From an uncultured Gemmatimonadales bacterium (GTDB lineage: Bacteria > Gemmatimonadota > Gemmatimonadetes > Gemmatimonadales > GWC2-71-9): 64,000 bases of DNA. The stretch covers positions 96,001 to 160,000 of the forward strand of contig CAVSQW010000014.1 in assembly GCA_963730185.1 (NCBI GenBank), read 5' to 3'. Numbering within the stretch: position 1 is the first letter of the stretch; every line of letters begins with the position of its first letter. Positions 18,499-27,152 of the stretch are shown here, piece after piece. Position numbers and translations under genes: made by a program. The notes below the pieces were generated by a model. The model was not told where the DNA came from. It did not search any database and was given only the letters and a program-made list of their open reading frames with translations.

Positions 18499-20295
18499 CT
18501 GAAAGCCCCGCTGCTCGGCCTGGTCGCCGCGGCGGCGGTCGTGGTGCTCGGCGTGGAGGCGCTGTCCACCGCCGACCTGGTCGGGCAGCCGTCGATGCTC
18601 GGGCTCCTGGCGCTGGCCCTGGCGGCCGGCGGCGCGGTGACTCGGTCGGAATGGACGCCGGCCGCGCCGGCCCGGGCCTGGTCGCCGATGGAGCGGACCC
18701 TGGCCGCCCTCCTGGCCGGGATCGGGGTCGTCACGCTGGCCTTGGCCCTCCGGGCCCCGCCCAACACCTGGGACAGCATGACCTACCATCTCGCCCGGGT
18801 GGCGGAATGGTATGCCCACGGCAACGTTCGCTTCTATCCGACGGGGATCGACCGCCAGCTCTGGCAGCCGACGGCCGGCGAGTACCTGGTGTTGGCGGGT
18901 TACGGGGCTCTCGGGGGCCGCGACTGGCTGGCCAACCTGCCCCAGTGGCTCGCGGCCGCCGGGTCGGTCGCCGCGTGCGCCTGGATCACGGGGCTCCTGG
19001 GCGGCACCCGGCGGACCCGCCTTCTCGCCGCGGTCGTGGCTGCCCTGGTGCCGGCCCTCGTGCTCGAGGCCTCGTCGTCCCAGACCGATCTCCTCGCCAG
19101 CCTCTGGCTCCTGATTGCCACCGGGCTCCTGGTGGAGCGCTACACCGAGCGGGCCGGGAGGCGGAACGCGCTCTGGTTCGGCGCGGCGATCGGCCTGGCG
19201 GTAGCGACCAAGGGCACGGCCCTTCCGTTCGGGCTCCCGCTGGTGCTGGCTTATCTGGGACGCGACCTGGTCCGGCGTGACTGGTCCGGCGGGGCGCTGA
19301 CCCTCGCGGCCGTGGCGGGCGGCATTCTGGCGCTCGCGGGGGCCCAGCTCTTCCGGAACGCCGAGGTCTTCGGCGATCCGCTGGGACCGGCGTCGATCCG
19401 CCCGCTGCTCCGGCCGGCGTCGCTCTCGCCGCGGGTCATCCTGTCGAACGCCGTCACCAACCTGTCGCTTCACTTCGGAACCCCGTGGCCCGGCGTCAAC
19501 GAGGCGCTGACCCGGGCGGTCGCGGCGCTGCACCGCGCCCTCGGCCTGGACCTTCAGGCCCTCTATCCCTACTTCGGCGGGTTCCGGGTTCAGGCGTGGA
19601 GTACGCACGAGGATCTTGCCGGGAGCCCGTTCCACGTGGTTCTGGCCGCGCTGGCGTTGATCGCCATGGCCCGACGATGGCGGAGCCTCGGCGGCGCCGG
19701 ACGGGCCTACCTCGGCGTCGCCGTGAGCGGCGGAGTGCTGTTCGTGCTGGCCGTTCGCTGGCAGCCGTTCAACACTCGGTTGGCGCTCCCGGCCGCGCTG
19801 GCCGCGGCGCCGGCCATCGCGACCTGGCTCGATCGGCGGCGCCGGGGCGTCGTGCCAGTGGTCACGGCGGTCCTCTTGCTCGCGGCCCTGCCGGCCCTCG
19901 TCTGGAACTCGAGCCGGCCGCTCCTTCCGCCGCCGCCCGGCCTCGAAACGACCGCCACCCGGAGCGCGTTGACGGCCCGCCGCAGCGATCAATACTTCGT
20001 CAATCGTCCGGCCCTGACCCGGCCCTATCACGCCCTGATCGACACGCTCGGTCGGGGCGCCTGCCGGGCGGTCGCCCTGCAACTGGGCTACGACTCCTGG
20101 GAGTACCCGCTCTGGGTGCTCGGGCGCCCGGCCGGGCTCCACTTCGATCCGGTGATCGGGGGCCGGCTTCCGCCCGACGATTGCGCCCTGGTGTCGATCG
20201 ACATGCCACCAGATTGGCGGCCGGCGGGTTGGCCGGCCGGCCAGCCGCCGGTCTGGCGGGAGGGGCCGGTCGTGCTCTGGCGGGGCGGGTCGTAG
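18499..20295 (+). CDS. GT-C fold polytopic membrane glycosyltransferase (ArnT/PMT-like), start uncertain
   Basis: Many TM segments, PPNTWDSMTYHLARV, SSSQTD, ATKGT and RWQPFNTR. Possible CTG start 8 nt after GGGAGG. Confidence 0.65.
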   Translation: MKAPLLGLVAAAAVVVLGVEALSTADLVGQPSMLGLLALALAAGGAVTRSEWTPAAPARAWSPMERTLAALLAGIGVVTLALALRAPPNTWDSMTYHLARVAEWYAHGNVRFYPTGIDRQLWQPTAGEYLVLAGYGALGGRDWLANLPQWLAAAGSVAACAWITGLLGGTRRTRLLAAVVAALVPALVLEASSSQTDLLASLWLLIATGLLVERYTERAGRRNALWFGAAIGLAVATKGTALPFGLPLVLAYLGRDLVRRDWSGGALTLAAVAGGILALAGAQLFRNAEVFGDPLGPASIRPLLRPASLSPRVILSNAVTNLSLHFGTPWPGVNEALTRAVAALHRALGLDLQALYPYFGGFRVQAWSTHEDLAGSPFHVVLAALALIAMARRWRSLGGAGRAYLGVAVSGGVLFVLAVRWQPFNTRLALPAALAAAPAIATWLDRRRRGVVPVVTAVLLLAALPALVWNSSRPLLPPPPGLETTATRSALTARRSDQYFVNRPALTRPYHALIDTLGRGACRAVALQLGYDSWEYPLWVLGRPAGLHFDPVIGGRLPPDDCALVSIDMPPDWRPAGWPAGQPPVWREGPVVLWRGGS

Positions 20296-20337
20296 CGCCT
20301 CGCCCCACCCGGGCAGGCGACCCGCTATTATCCGCCC

Positions 20338-21837
20338 ATGACGTCCTCTCCCGACACGGTGGCGCCTGCCCCGCCCGCCGACCCATCGCCCCCGGCCGAA
20401 CCGCTCCCCTGGCTGGAGGAAATGCCGCCCCGCCAGATCGTGGCGGAGCTGGATCGCTACATCGTGGGGCAGGACGCGGCCAAGAAGGCCATCGCCATCG
20501 CGGTCCGGAACCGCTGGCGCCGGTCCCAGGCGCCCGAGGCGATCCGAGACGAGATCACCCCGTCCAACCTGATCCTGATCGGCCCCACCGGGGTCGGGAA
20601 GACCGAGATCGCCCGCCGGCTGGCCCGGCTGGCCGGCGCCCCCTTCGTGAAGGTAGAGGCCTCCAAGTTCACCGAGGTCGGCTACGTCGGTCGCGACGTG
20701 GAGAGCATGATCCGGGACCTGGTCGACGCCGCCATCAACCTGGTCCGGAACGAGCGCGAGGACGAGGTGTTCGAGCAGGCCGAGCAGAAGGCCGACGAGC
20801 GGCTGCTCGACCTGCTCCTGCCGCCGGCGCCGCCGGCACCCAAGCCGCCGCCCTCGCCCGCCGGGAGCGAGTCCACCAAGCCGGGCCTCTTCGTGGTCTC
20901 GCCGTCGGGCCAGGCCAGCAAGGCCGAGCCGGAGCCCGAGGACGAGCGACGGCAGCGGTCCCGCGACAAGCTCAAGAAGCTCCTCCAGGACGGCAAGCTC
21001 GACGAGCGCGAGGTGGACCTCGAGGTCACGCCGCAGAACTACCCGCCGATGGACTTCATGCCCCAGCCGCCTCAGGGGATGGAAGGCCCCGACGTCAACT
21101 GGACCGAATGGCTCCAGGAGATGATGCCGAAGCGGAAGAAGCGCCGCACGGTGCGGGTGCCCGAGGCGCGGCGGATCCTGGTGGACGAGGAGCTCCGCCG
21201 GATGGTGGACATGGACGACGTGGTGAACGAGGCCTTGGATCGGGTGGAGAACCACGGGATCGTCTTCATCGACGAGATCGACAAGATTGCGGGCGACAAG
21301 CCGCAGACCGGCCCCGATATCTCGCGCGAGGGCGTGCAGCGCGATCTCCTCCCGATCGTCGAAGGCTCGACGGTCCAGACCCGCTACGGCTACGTCCGGA
21401 CCGACCACATCCTCTTCATCGCCGCGGGCGCCTTCCATGTGTCCAAGCCGTCGGACCTGATCCCCGAGCTGCAGGGGCGGTTTCCGATCCGGGTCGAGCT
21501 CACGCCCCTCACCGAAGCCGACTTCGTCCGGATCATGATCGAGCCCGAGAACTCGCTCACCAAGCAGTACCAGGCGCTGGTGTCGGCCGAAGGGGCCGAG
21601 CTGGACTTTCCGGAGGAAGGGGTGAAGGAGCTGGCCCGGATCGCGGCGATGGCCAACGAGCGGATGGAGAACATCGGCGCCCGGCGGCTCCACACCGTGA
21701 TGTCGAGCCTGATGGAGGAGGTGCTCTTCGAGCTGCCCGACTATCCGATCAAGAAGATCGTGATGGACGCCGGGGCGGTCCGGGAGCGGCTGATCAAGGT
21801 CATCAACGACGACGACCTGAGGAAGTACATCCTCTAG
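20338..21837 (+). CDS. hslU: ATP-dependent protease ATPase subunit HslU
   Basis: IVGQDAAK, RNRWRR, GPTGVGKTE, KFTEVGYVGRD, FIDEIDK, PELQGRFP and ENIGARRL. Confidence 0.97.
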   Translation: MTSSPDTVAPAPPADPSPPAEPLPWLEEMPPRQIVAELDRYIVGQDAAKKAIAIAVRNRWRRSQAPEAIRDEITPSNLILIGPTGVGKTEIARRLARLAGAPFVKVEASKFTEVGYVGRDVESMIRDLVDAAINLVRNEREDEVFEQAEQKADERLLDLLLPPAPPAPKPPPSPAGSESTKPGLFVVSPSGQASKAEPEPEDERRQRSRDKLKKLLQDGKLDEREVDLEVTPQNYPPMDFMPQPPQGMEGPDVNWTEWLQEMMPKRKKRRTVRVPEARRILVDEELRRMVDMDDVVNEALDRVENHGIVFIDEIDKIAGDKPQTGPDISREGVQRDLLPIVEGSTVQTRYGYVRTDHILFIAAGAFHVSKPSDLIPELQGRFPIRVELTPLTEADFVRIMIEPENSLTKQYQALVSAEGAELDFPEEGVKELARIAAMANERMENIGARRLHTVMSSLMEEVLFELPDYPIKKIVMDAGAVRERLIKVINDDDLRKYIL

Positions 21838-21870
21838 CCGCGGCCCCGAGGCCGCGCCGGCGCCCGGGAG

Positions 21871-22533
21871 CTATCGGGTTACCGACGTTGGCATCTCCGC
21901 GCTCCCCGACTCGATCACGAACACCACCCGCCGGTTGGACTCGGCGCCCGGCATGTCCCGGGACGCCCCCTTGTTCACCTGGCGGGTCTCGCCCATCCCG
22001 ACCGTCCGGACCGTGATGGCGCTCGACAGGCCGGCCTGTTTGAGGTAGTCGGCCACCTTGTCCGCCCGGTCCAGCGAGAGCTCGCGGTTGTAGGCCGCCG
22101 AGCCGGCCGGGTCGGCGAAGCCCTCGACCGTGACCGTGGAGCCGGCGTAGTGCCGGTTCACGACCTTGGCGAAGAGCTCGAGCTTGGGACGGTCCTGGGT
22201 CCGCACCGTCGCGTCGTCGAACGCGAAGGTCACCGGCATCGCGAACTGGAGCCCGTGCTCCAGCTGGGCGATCGTGGCGCCCACCGAGTCGCGCAGCATG
22301 TTCAGGTCGCGGCGCAGGCTGGCGACCTCCATCTTCACGCTGTCGACGTCGGTCTGGACGTCGTTGACCTTGGTGGTGAGCTCGGTGCGGACCGAGTTGT
22401 CGCCCGCGGTCCATTGGGTCTTGCTGGTATCCTGGGCCGCCTGAATCTGTTTCATGACGTACCCCTTGGTTGCGCACCCCGTGGCCGAGAGGCCGATCAG
22501 AGTGAGTGCCGCCCCCGCCCGCATGATGCCCAT
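21871..22533 (-). CDS. OmpA-family lipoprotein with coiled-coil linker
   Basis: Lipobox ATGC and an OmpA C-terminal domain (FAFDDA, VEGFAD, YNRELSLDRA, NRRV). Confidence 0.85.
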   Translation of the reverse strand: MGIMRAGAALTLIGLSATGCATKGYVMKQIQAAQDTSKTQWTAGDNSVRTELTTKVNDVQTDVDSVKMEVASLRRDLNMLRDSVGATIAQLEHGLQFAMPVTFAFDDATVRTQDRPKLELFAKVVNRHYAGSTVTVEGFADPAGSAAYNRELSLDRADKVADYLKQAGLSSAITVRTVGMGETRQVNKGASRDMPGAESNRRVVFVIESGSAEMPTSVTR

Positions 22534-22645
22534 GAGTCGTCTCCTCCCGTTGACGCACTTTCGAACAGTCGCGTTCGCTTGGCCTTCGTACACAGGGAGA
22601 GACGAACGACCGGCAGAATGATGGACGTCCGGCGGGGATGGCGGG

Positions 22646-23056
22646 CTACCGGCGGGTGCGGATCCAGAGGATCAGGGTGGCCAACGAGACCCCGAGCGCC
22701 AGGAAGAGCGCCCGGGGCCAGACGCCGTGCAGCGCGAAGGCCGAGGTGGCGCCGAAGCTCAGCACGATGGCCGAGATCGCGACGGTCTTGGCGCGGACCG
22801 ACATCGCCCGGTGGAGCCGCCAGTCGCGGACCACCGGGCCGAAGACGGGATGGCTCAGGAGGCGATCGTAGAAGTGGGTGGAGGCCCGGGCATAGCAGGC
22901 GGCGGCCAGGATCAGGAACACCGTGGTGGGCATCACCGGGAGAAAGGCGCCGATCACGCCGAGCCCGATGAAGACGTGGCCGGCGACCAGGAGCACGGTC
23001 CGGGTGGCCCGCGAGCTCGCGAGCGCGACGTCCTGGCGCTGGTCGTTGGCAGCCAT
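22646..23056 (-). CDS. YbaN (DUF454) family inner membrane protein
   Basis: GLGVIGAFLPVMPTTVFLILAAACYARAS and HPVFGP. Confidence 0.88.
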   Translation of the reverse strand: MAANDQRQDVALASSRATRTVLLVAGHVFIGLGVIGAFLPVMPTTVFLILAAACYARASTHFYDRLLSHPVFGPVVRDWRLHRAMSVRAKTVAISAIVLSFGATSAFALHGVWPRALFLALGVSLATLILWIRTRR

Positions 23057-23157
23057 CGTGAATCCCCGCCCCCTCGAAACCCGTCGGGTCCGGCAGTATA
23101 ATCGAACCAGATCCCGATTCACACGCCGTCGGATGCCTTCACCCGGAGTCAGGCCCT

Positions 23158-24591
23158 ATGCGCCCTCGAGCCCTCCAGGCCGTTCTCGTGCTGCCCCTCG
23201 CCCTGGGCCTGAGCCCGGCCCTCACCGCCCAGCGGCCGACGCTGAGTCCCCAGGCCCGCCAGTTCGTCTCGGTCGACGATCCGGTGATCGCGATCACCAA
23301 CGTCCGGGTGATCGACGGGACCGGGGCCGCGCCGGTCGAAGGACAGACCGTGGTGCTTCGGGACGGGAAGATCGCGGCCGTGGGGGGCTCGGTCTCGGTC
23401 CCGGCCGGCGCCCGCACCATCGACGGATCCGGCAAGACGCTCCTCCCCGGCCTCTTCGGACTCCACGACCACAGCTACTACACCACCTCGGCCGGCCGGG
23501 TGGTGCAGTCCAGCTTCACCGCGCCGATGATGTACCTGGCCAGCGGGGTCACCACCATCCGGACCACCGGCGCCAACAATCCGTATGCCGAGATCAATCT
23601 CAAGAAGGCGGTCGACCGGGGTGACCTGCCGGGCCCGACGATGTTCATCACCGGCCCCTACATCACCGGGCCGGGCACTGGCGCGGGCAGCGCGATGACC
23701 ACGGTGGAGACCGCGGAGGAGGCCAGGCGGGTGGTGGCCTACTGGGCCGGTGAGGGTGTTTCCTGGCTCAAGTTCTACACCACCATCAACCGAGAGGCGA
23801 TGAAGGCCGCGATCGACGAGGCCCACAAGCACGGGGTCAAGTTCACCGGCCACCTCTGCTCGGTCCCGTATCGCGACGCGGTGGCCTTCGGGATCGACGG
23901 CCTCGAGCATGGGCTCTTCGCCAACTCCGACTACGACAAGACCCGCCAGGCCGATCGCTGCTCGCCCAACCTGTTCCGGAGCTTCACCAACCTCGACGTC
24001 GGGAGCGACGAGGTGAAGGGGACGTTCAAGGACCTGATCGATCATCAGGTCGCCCTGACCTCCACCCTGGTGGTGTACGAGCTGTTCGTCGCCAATCGCC
24101 CGCCGCTCGATCCCCGGGTGCTGGACGCCATGTCGACGGACGCCAAGAACGAGTACCTGACCTCGCGGAGCCGGATCGCCGAGAGCCCGGGCAACGGCAT
24201 CCCGCTCGAGGTCTTCAAGAAGGGGATGGAGTACGAGCTGGCGTTCTTCCGGGCCGGCGGGCTCCTGGCCTCGGGAGTGGATCCCACCGGCAACGGCGGC
24301 GCGCTCTTCGGGCTGGGCGACCAGCGGAACATCGAGCTCCTGGTCGAGGCCGGCTTCACGCCGGTCGAGGCCATCCAGGTGGCGAGCTCGAACGGCGCCA
24401 AGGCGCTGGGCGTGTTCGACCGGGCCGGATCGATCGCGGTGGGCAAGACCGCCGACCTGGTCCTGATCGCCGGTAACCCGGCAGCCGACATCTCCGACGT
24501 CCGGAAGGTCGAGACCGTCTTCAAGGGCGGGGTGGGCTTCGACTCCGCCAAGATGCTGGCCGCGACCCGCGGGTTGGTCGGGGTGAGGTGA
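23158..24591 (+). CDS. Exported amidohydrolase-superfamily protein
   Basis: Signal peptide, LPGLFGLHDH, GVTTIRT, LKFY, EHG and GSIAVGKTADLV. Confidence 0.88.
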   Translation: MRPRALQAVLVLPLALGLSPALTAQRPTLSPQARQFVSVDDPVIAITNVRVIDGTGAAPVEGQTVVLRDGKIAAVGGSVSVPAGARTIDGSGKTLLPGLFGLHDHSYYTTSAGRVVQSSFTAPMMYLASGVTTIRTTGANNPYAEINLKKAVDRGDLPGPTMFITGPYITGPGTGAGSAMTTVETAEEARRVVAYWAGEGVSWLKFYTTINREAMKAAIDEAHKHGVKFTGHLCSVPYRDAVAFGIDGLEHGLFANSDYDKTRQADRCSPNLFRSFTNLDVGSDEVKGTFKDLIDHQVALTSTLVVYELFVANRPPLDPRVLDAMSTDAKNEYLTSRSRIAESPGNGIPLEVFKKGMEYELAFFRAGGLLASGVDPTGNGGALFGLGDQRNIELLVEAGFTPVEAIQVASSNGAKALGVFDRAGSIAVGKTADLVLIAGNPAADISDVRKVETVFKGGVGFDSAKMLAATRGLVGVR

Positions 24592-25403
24592 TGGGAGGGG
24601 TGGGACCTGGGGGGACGGGGCGGGACGGGGAGGGGGGACCTGACCAGGTCCGGGTTCGGCGGGATGGAGGGATCGTCCGGGTCGCTCTCGATCGGGCGGC
24701 GAAGCGGAATGCCCAGACGCTCGAGATGTGGGAGGCGCTGCGGCGGATCGGGGCGGAGCTGACCCTCGATCCGTCGGTCCGGGTGGTCGTCGTCGGCGGG
24801 GAAGGAGCGGTCTTCTCGGCCGGCATCGATCTCGACCTCCTGGCCGAGCAGGCCTCGGGCACCGGACGCTCCCTGCCGGCGGTGGAGCTGGTCCAGCAGG
24901 CGTTCACCTGGCTCCGGGACGGGCACTTCGTGTCGGTCGCGGCGGTCCAGGGCGCCGCGATCGGCGCGGGGATGCAGCTCGCGCTCGCCTGCGACCTCCG
25001 TATTCTCACCGAGCGGGCGGTGATGGCGCTGCCGGAGATCGAGTTCGGGATCTTTCCCGATCTGGGCGGCTGCGCCTGGCTGCCCGAGCTGGTCGGGACG
25101 TCGCGGGCCAAGGAGCTGATCCTCACCGGGCGCCGGATCGGCGCGGCCGAAGCCCTCCAGCTGGGACTCGCCAACCGAGTGGTGCCCGAGGCCGAGCTCC
25201 GGGGGGCCGTCGACGCCCTCGCCGGCCAGCTGGCAGAGCGGTCGCCGCTCGCCGTCCACGCGGTCAAGCGCGCTGTCGCGGCAGCGGTGATCTCACCGGA
25301 GGCGGCCCTCAGGGTCTCCGCCGAAGCGATCCGCCGGTGCCTGGCCTCGGAGGAGTTTCGCGAGGCGGGACGGGGCGGAACGGGGAGAGGTAGGGCGGGA
25401 TAG
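24588..25403 (+). CDS. Enoyl-CoA hydratase/isomerase family protein
   Basis: KRNA, FSAGIDL, AIGAGMQLALACDLR, LPEIEFGIFP and AKELILTGR. Confidence 0.88.
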   Translation: MMGGVGPGGTGRDGEGGPDQVRVRRDGGIVRVALDRAAKRNAQTLEMWEALRRIGAELTLDPSVRVVVVGGEGAVFSAGIDLDLLAEQASGTGRSLPAVELVQQAFTWLRDGHFVSVAAVQGAAIGAGMQLALACDLRILTERAVMALPEIEFGIFPDLGGCAWLPELVGTSRAKELILTGRRIGAAEALQLGLANRVVPEAELRGAVDALAGQLAERSPLAVHAVKRAVAAAVISPEAALRVSAEAIRRCLASEEFREAGRGGTGRGRAG

Positions 25404-25490
25404 AGACCCCACGCCGGTGCTCCCATCCCTCCCCATCTCTCCCCATCCCCCCGGTCCCGCCCCCCTTCCGCCCTCCCCCCGGTCCCACTA
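25361..25490. repeat. G-tract decamer-like repeats with an inverted C-tract copy (related tract at 24593-24638)
   Basis: ggggacggggcggaacggggagagg is followed by cccatccctccccatctctccccatccccccggtcccgcccccc. Confidence 0.5.
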
Positions 25491-25564
25491 TCCTCTAGTC
25501 TGCCATTTTGACGTGCCGGTGACGCCGGCGTAACCGACGATCCCACAACGTGGTAGCTCAACTC

Positions 25565-26674
25565 ATGACCGACTCCGAGGCCCTGCGCCGTACTCCGCTC
25601 GCCGACCACCACAAGGCCCTCGGCGGGAAGATGGTCCCTTTCGCCGGCTGGGAGATGCCGGTGCAGTACCAGGCCGGCATTCTGGCGGAGCACAAGGCGG
25701 TGCGGAGCGGGGTCGGCGTGTTCGACGTTTCGCACATGGGCGAGTTCGAGATCACCGGCCCCGATCGGAACGCGTTCGCCAACCGGATCACCTGTAACGA
25801 CGTCGGAGCGCTCGCTCCGGGTCAGGTCCAGTACTCGGCCATTTTGACCAAGGAGGGCACCTTCGTCGACGACTGCACGGTCTATCGGTTCGACGACAAG
25901 CTGATGGTGGTGGTCAATGCGGCCAACCGGGCCAAGGCCTGGGCCTACGTGGTGGGGCTCAAGGGGGGTGCCAACGTCCGGCTCCGCGACATCTCGGACG
26001 ACATCGGCCTCCTCGCCGTCCAGGGGCCCAAGACCGAGGCGATGCTCCAGCCGCTGGCGGACCGCTCGCTGCCCGACATCGGCTACTACCACCATACCGC
26101 TGGGCGGATCGGCGGGGTGGACTGCTTCATTTCGCGGACCGGGTACACCGGCGAGGACGGCTTCGAGCTTTACTGCCGCTGGCGAGACACGGTGCCGCTC
26201 TGGGAGGCGGTGATCGGCGCGGGAGCCCAGCCGATCGGGCTCGGGGCTCGCGACTCGCTCCGGCTCGAGATGGGCTACGCCCTCTATGGGCAGGAGATCG
26301 ACGACAACATAACTCCGCTCGAAGCCGGGCTTGGGTGGATTCTCAAGCTCGACAAGGGCGCGCCGTTCCCGGGGCGGGAGGCCCTCCGGGCCCAGAAGCA
26401 GCGGGGCGTGAGCCGGAAGCTGGTTGGGTTCAAGCTCGACGGGCGGGGGATCGCCCGGCCGGGGTACCCGGTCTGGCACGAGGGCAAGCAGGTGGACCAG
26501 GTCCGGAGCGGGGGCCAGAGTCCGTCGCTCGGTTATGCCATCGGGACCACGTTTCTCCCGGCCGGGGCGGCCAAGGTGGGGACCCGGTTCGAGGTGGAGT
26601 GCCGGGGCGAGCGCATTCCGGCCGAGGTGGTCAAGCGTCCGTTCTGGACCGAGGGCAGTGTCCACAAACGTTAG
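25565..26674 (+). CDS. gcvT: Glycine cleavage system aminomethyltransferase T
   Basis: FAGWEMPVQY, FDVSHMGE, SRTGYTGEDGFE and GLGARDSLRLE. Confidence 0.96.
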   Translation: MTDSEALRRTPLADHHKALGGKMVPFAGWEMPVQYQAGILAEHKAVRSGVGVFDVSHMGEFEITGPDRNAFANRITCNDVGALAPGQVQYSAILTKEGTFVDDCTVYRFDDKLMVVVNAANRAKAWAYVVGLKGGANVRLRDISDDIGLLAVQGPKTEAMLQPLADRSLPDIGYYHHTAGRIGGVDCFISRTGYTGEDGFELYCRWRDTVPLWEAVIGAGAQPIGLGARDSLRLEMGYALYGQEIDDNITPLEAGLGWILKLDKGAPFPGREALRAQKQRGVSRKLVGFKLDGRGIARPGYPVWHEGKQVDQVRSGGQSPSLGYAIGTTFLPAGAAKVGTRFEVECRGERIPAEVVKRPFWTEGSVHKR

Positions 26675-27149
26675 GCTCGCGATCCTCACCGTGTCCGACG
26701 CCGGCGCGCGGGGGGAGCGCGCGGACACGTCGGGCGACGCGATCGCCGCCTGGGCTCGGGAGCGGGGGTTCGTGGAAACGGCGCGGACGCTGGTGCCCGA
26801 CGAGGTGACGCGGATCGTCTCGACCCTCCTCGGCTGGGCCGACGGCGGGGCGGTCGACGTCGTGATCACCACCGGCGGAACCGGGCTCACCGCCCGGGAC
26901 GTGACCCCCGAAGCGACCCGCGCGGTGCTGGAGCGGGAGGCCCCCGGGATCGCCGAGGCGATCCGGATGGCCGCGTGGCCGCGGTTCCCGAGAGCGGCGC
27001 TCTCCCGGGGGCTGGCCGGTACCCGGGCCCGGACCCTGATCGTGAACCTGCCGGGCAGCCCGGGAGGCGTTCGCGACGGCCTCGCGGTCCTGGCTCCGCT
27101 GGTGGAGCACGCGGTCGAGCTCCTCCGGGGCGACCACCCGGGGCACTGA
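26658..27149 (+). CDS. moaB: Molybdopterin adenylyltransferase, MogA/MoaB family
   Basis: ILTVSD, TTGGTG, RDVTPEAT and NLPGSP. Confidence 0.85.
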   Translation: MSTNVRLAILTVSDAGARGERADTSGDAIAAWARERGFVETARTLVPDEVTRIVSTLLGWADGGAVDVVITTGGTGLTARDVTPEATRAVLEREAPGIAEAIRMAAWPRFPRAALSRGLAGTRARTLIVNLPGSPGGVRDGLAVLAPLVEHAVELLRGDHPGH

Positions 27150-27152
27150 CCG

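Noticed and set aside
18454..21693. Very long antisense or alternate-frame ORFs (also 8849-11482, 45798-49115, 58820-61576 and others)
   Set aside because: These are shadow ORFs caused by high GC3 opposite well-supported genes. Their translations are Arg/Pro/Gly-rich and lack motifs.
25404..25564. Glycine riboswitch upstream of gcvT
   Set aside because: The interval is short and dominated by C-tract repeats. I could not see the aptamer motifs; an Infernal/Rfam scan would settle it.
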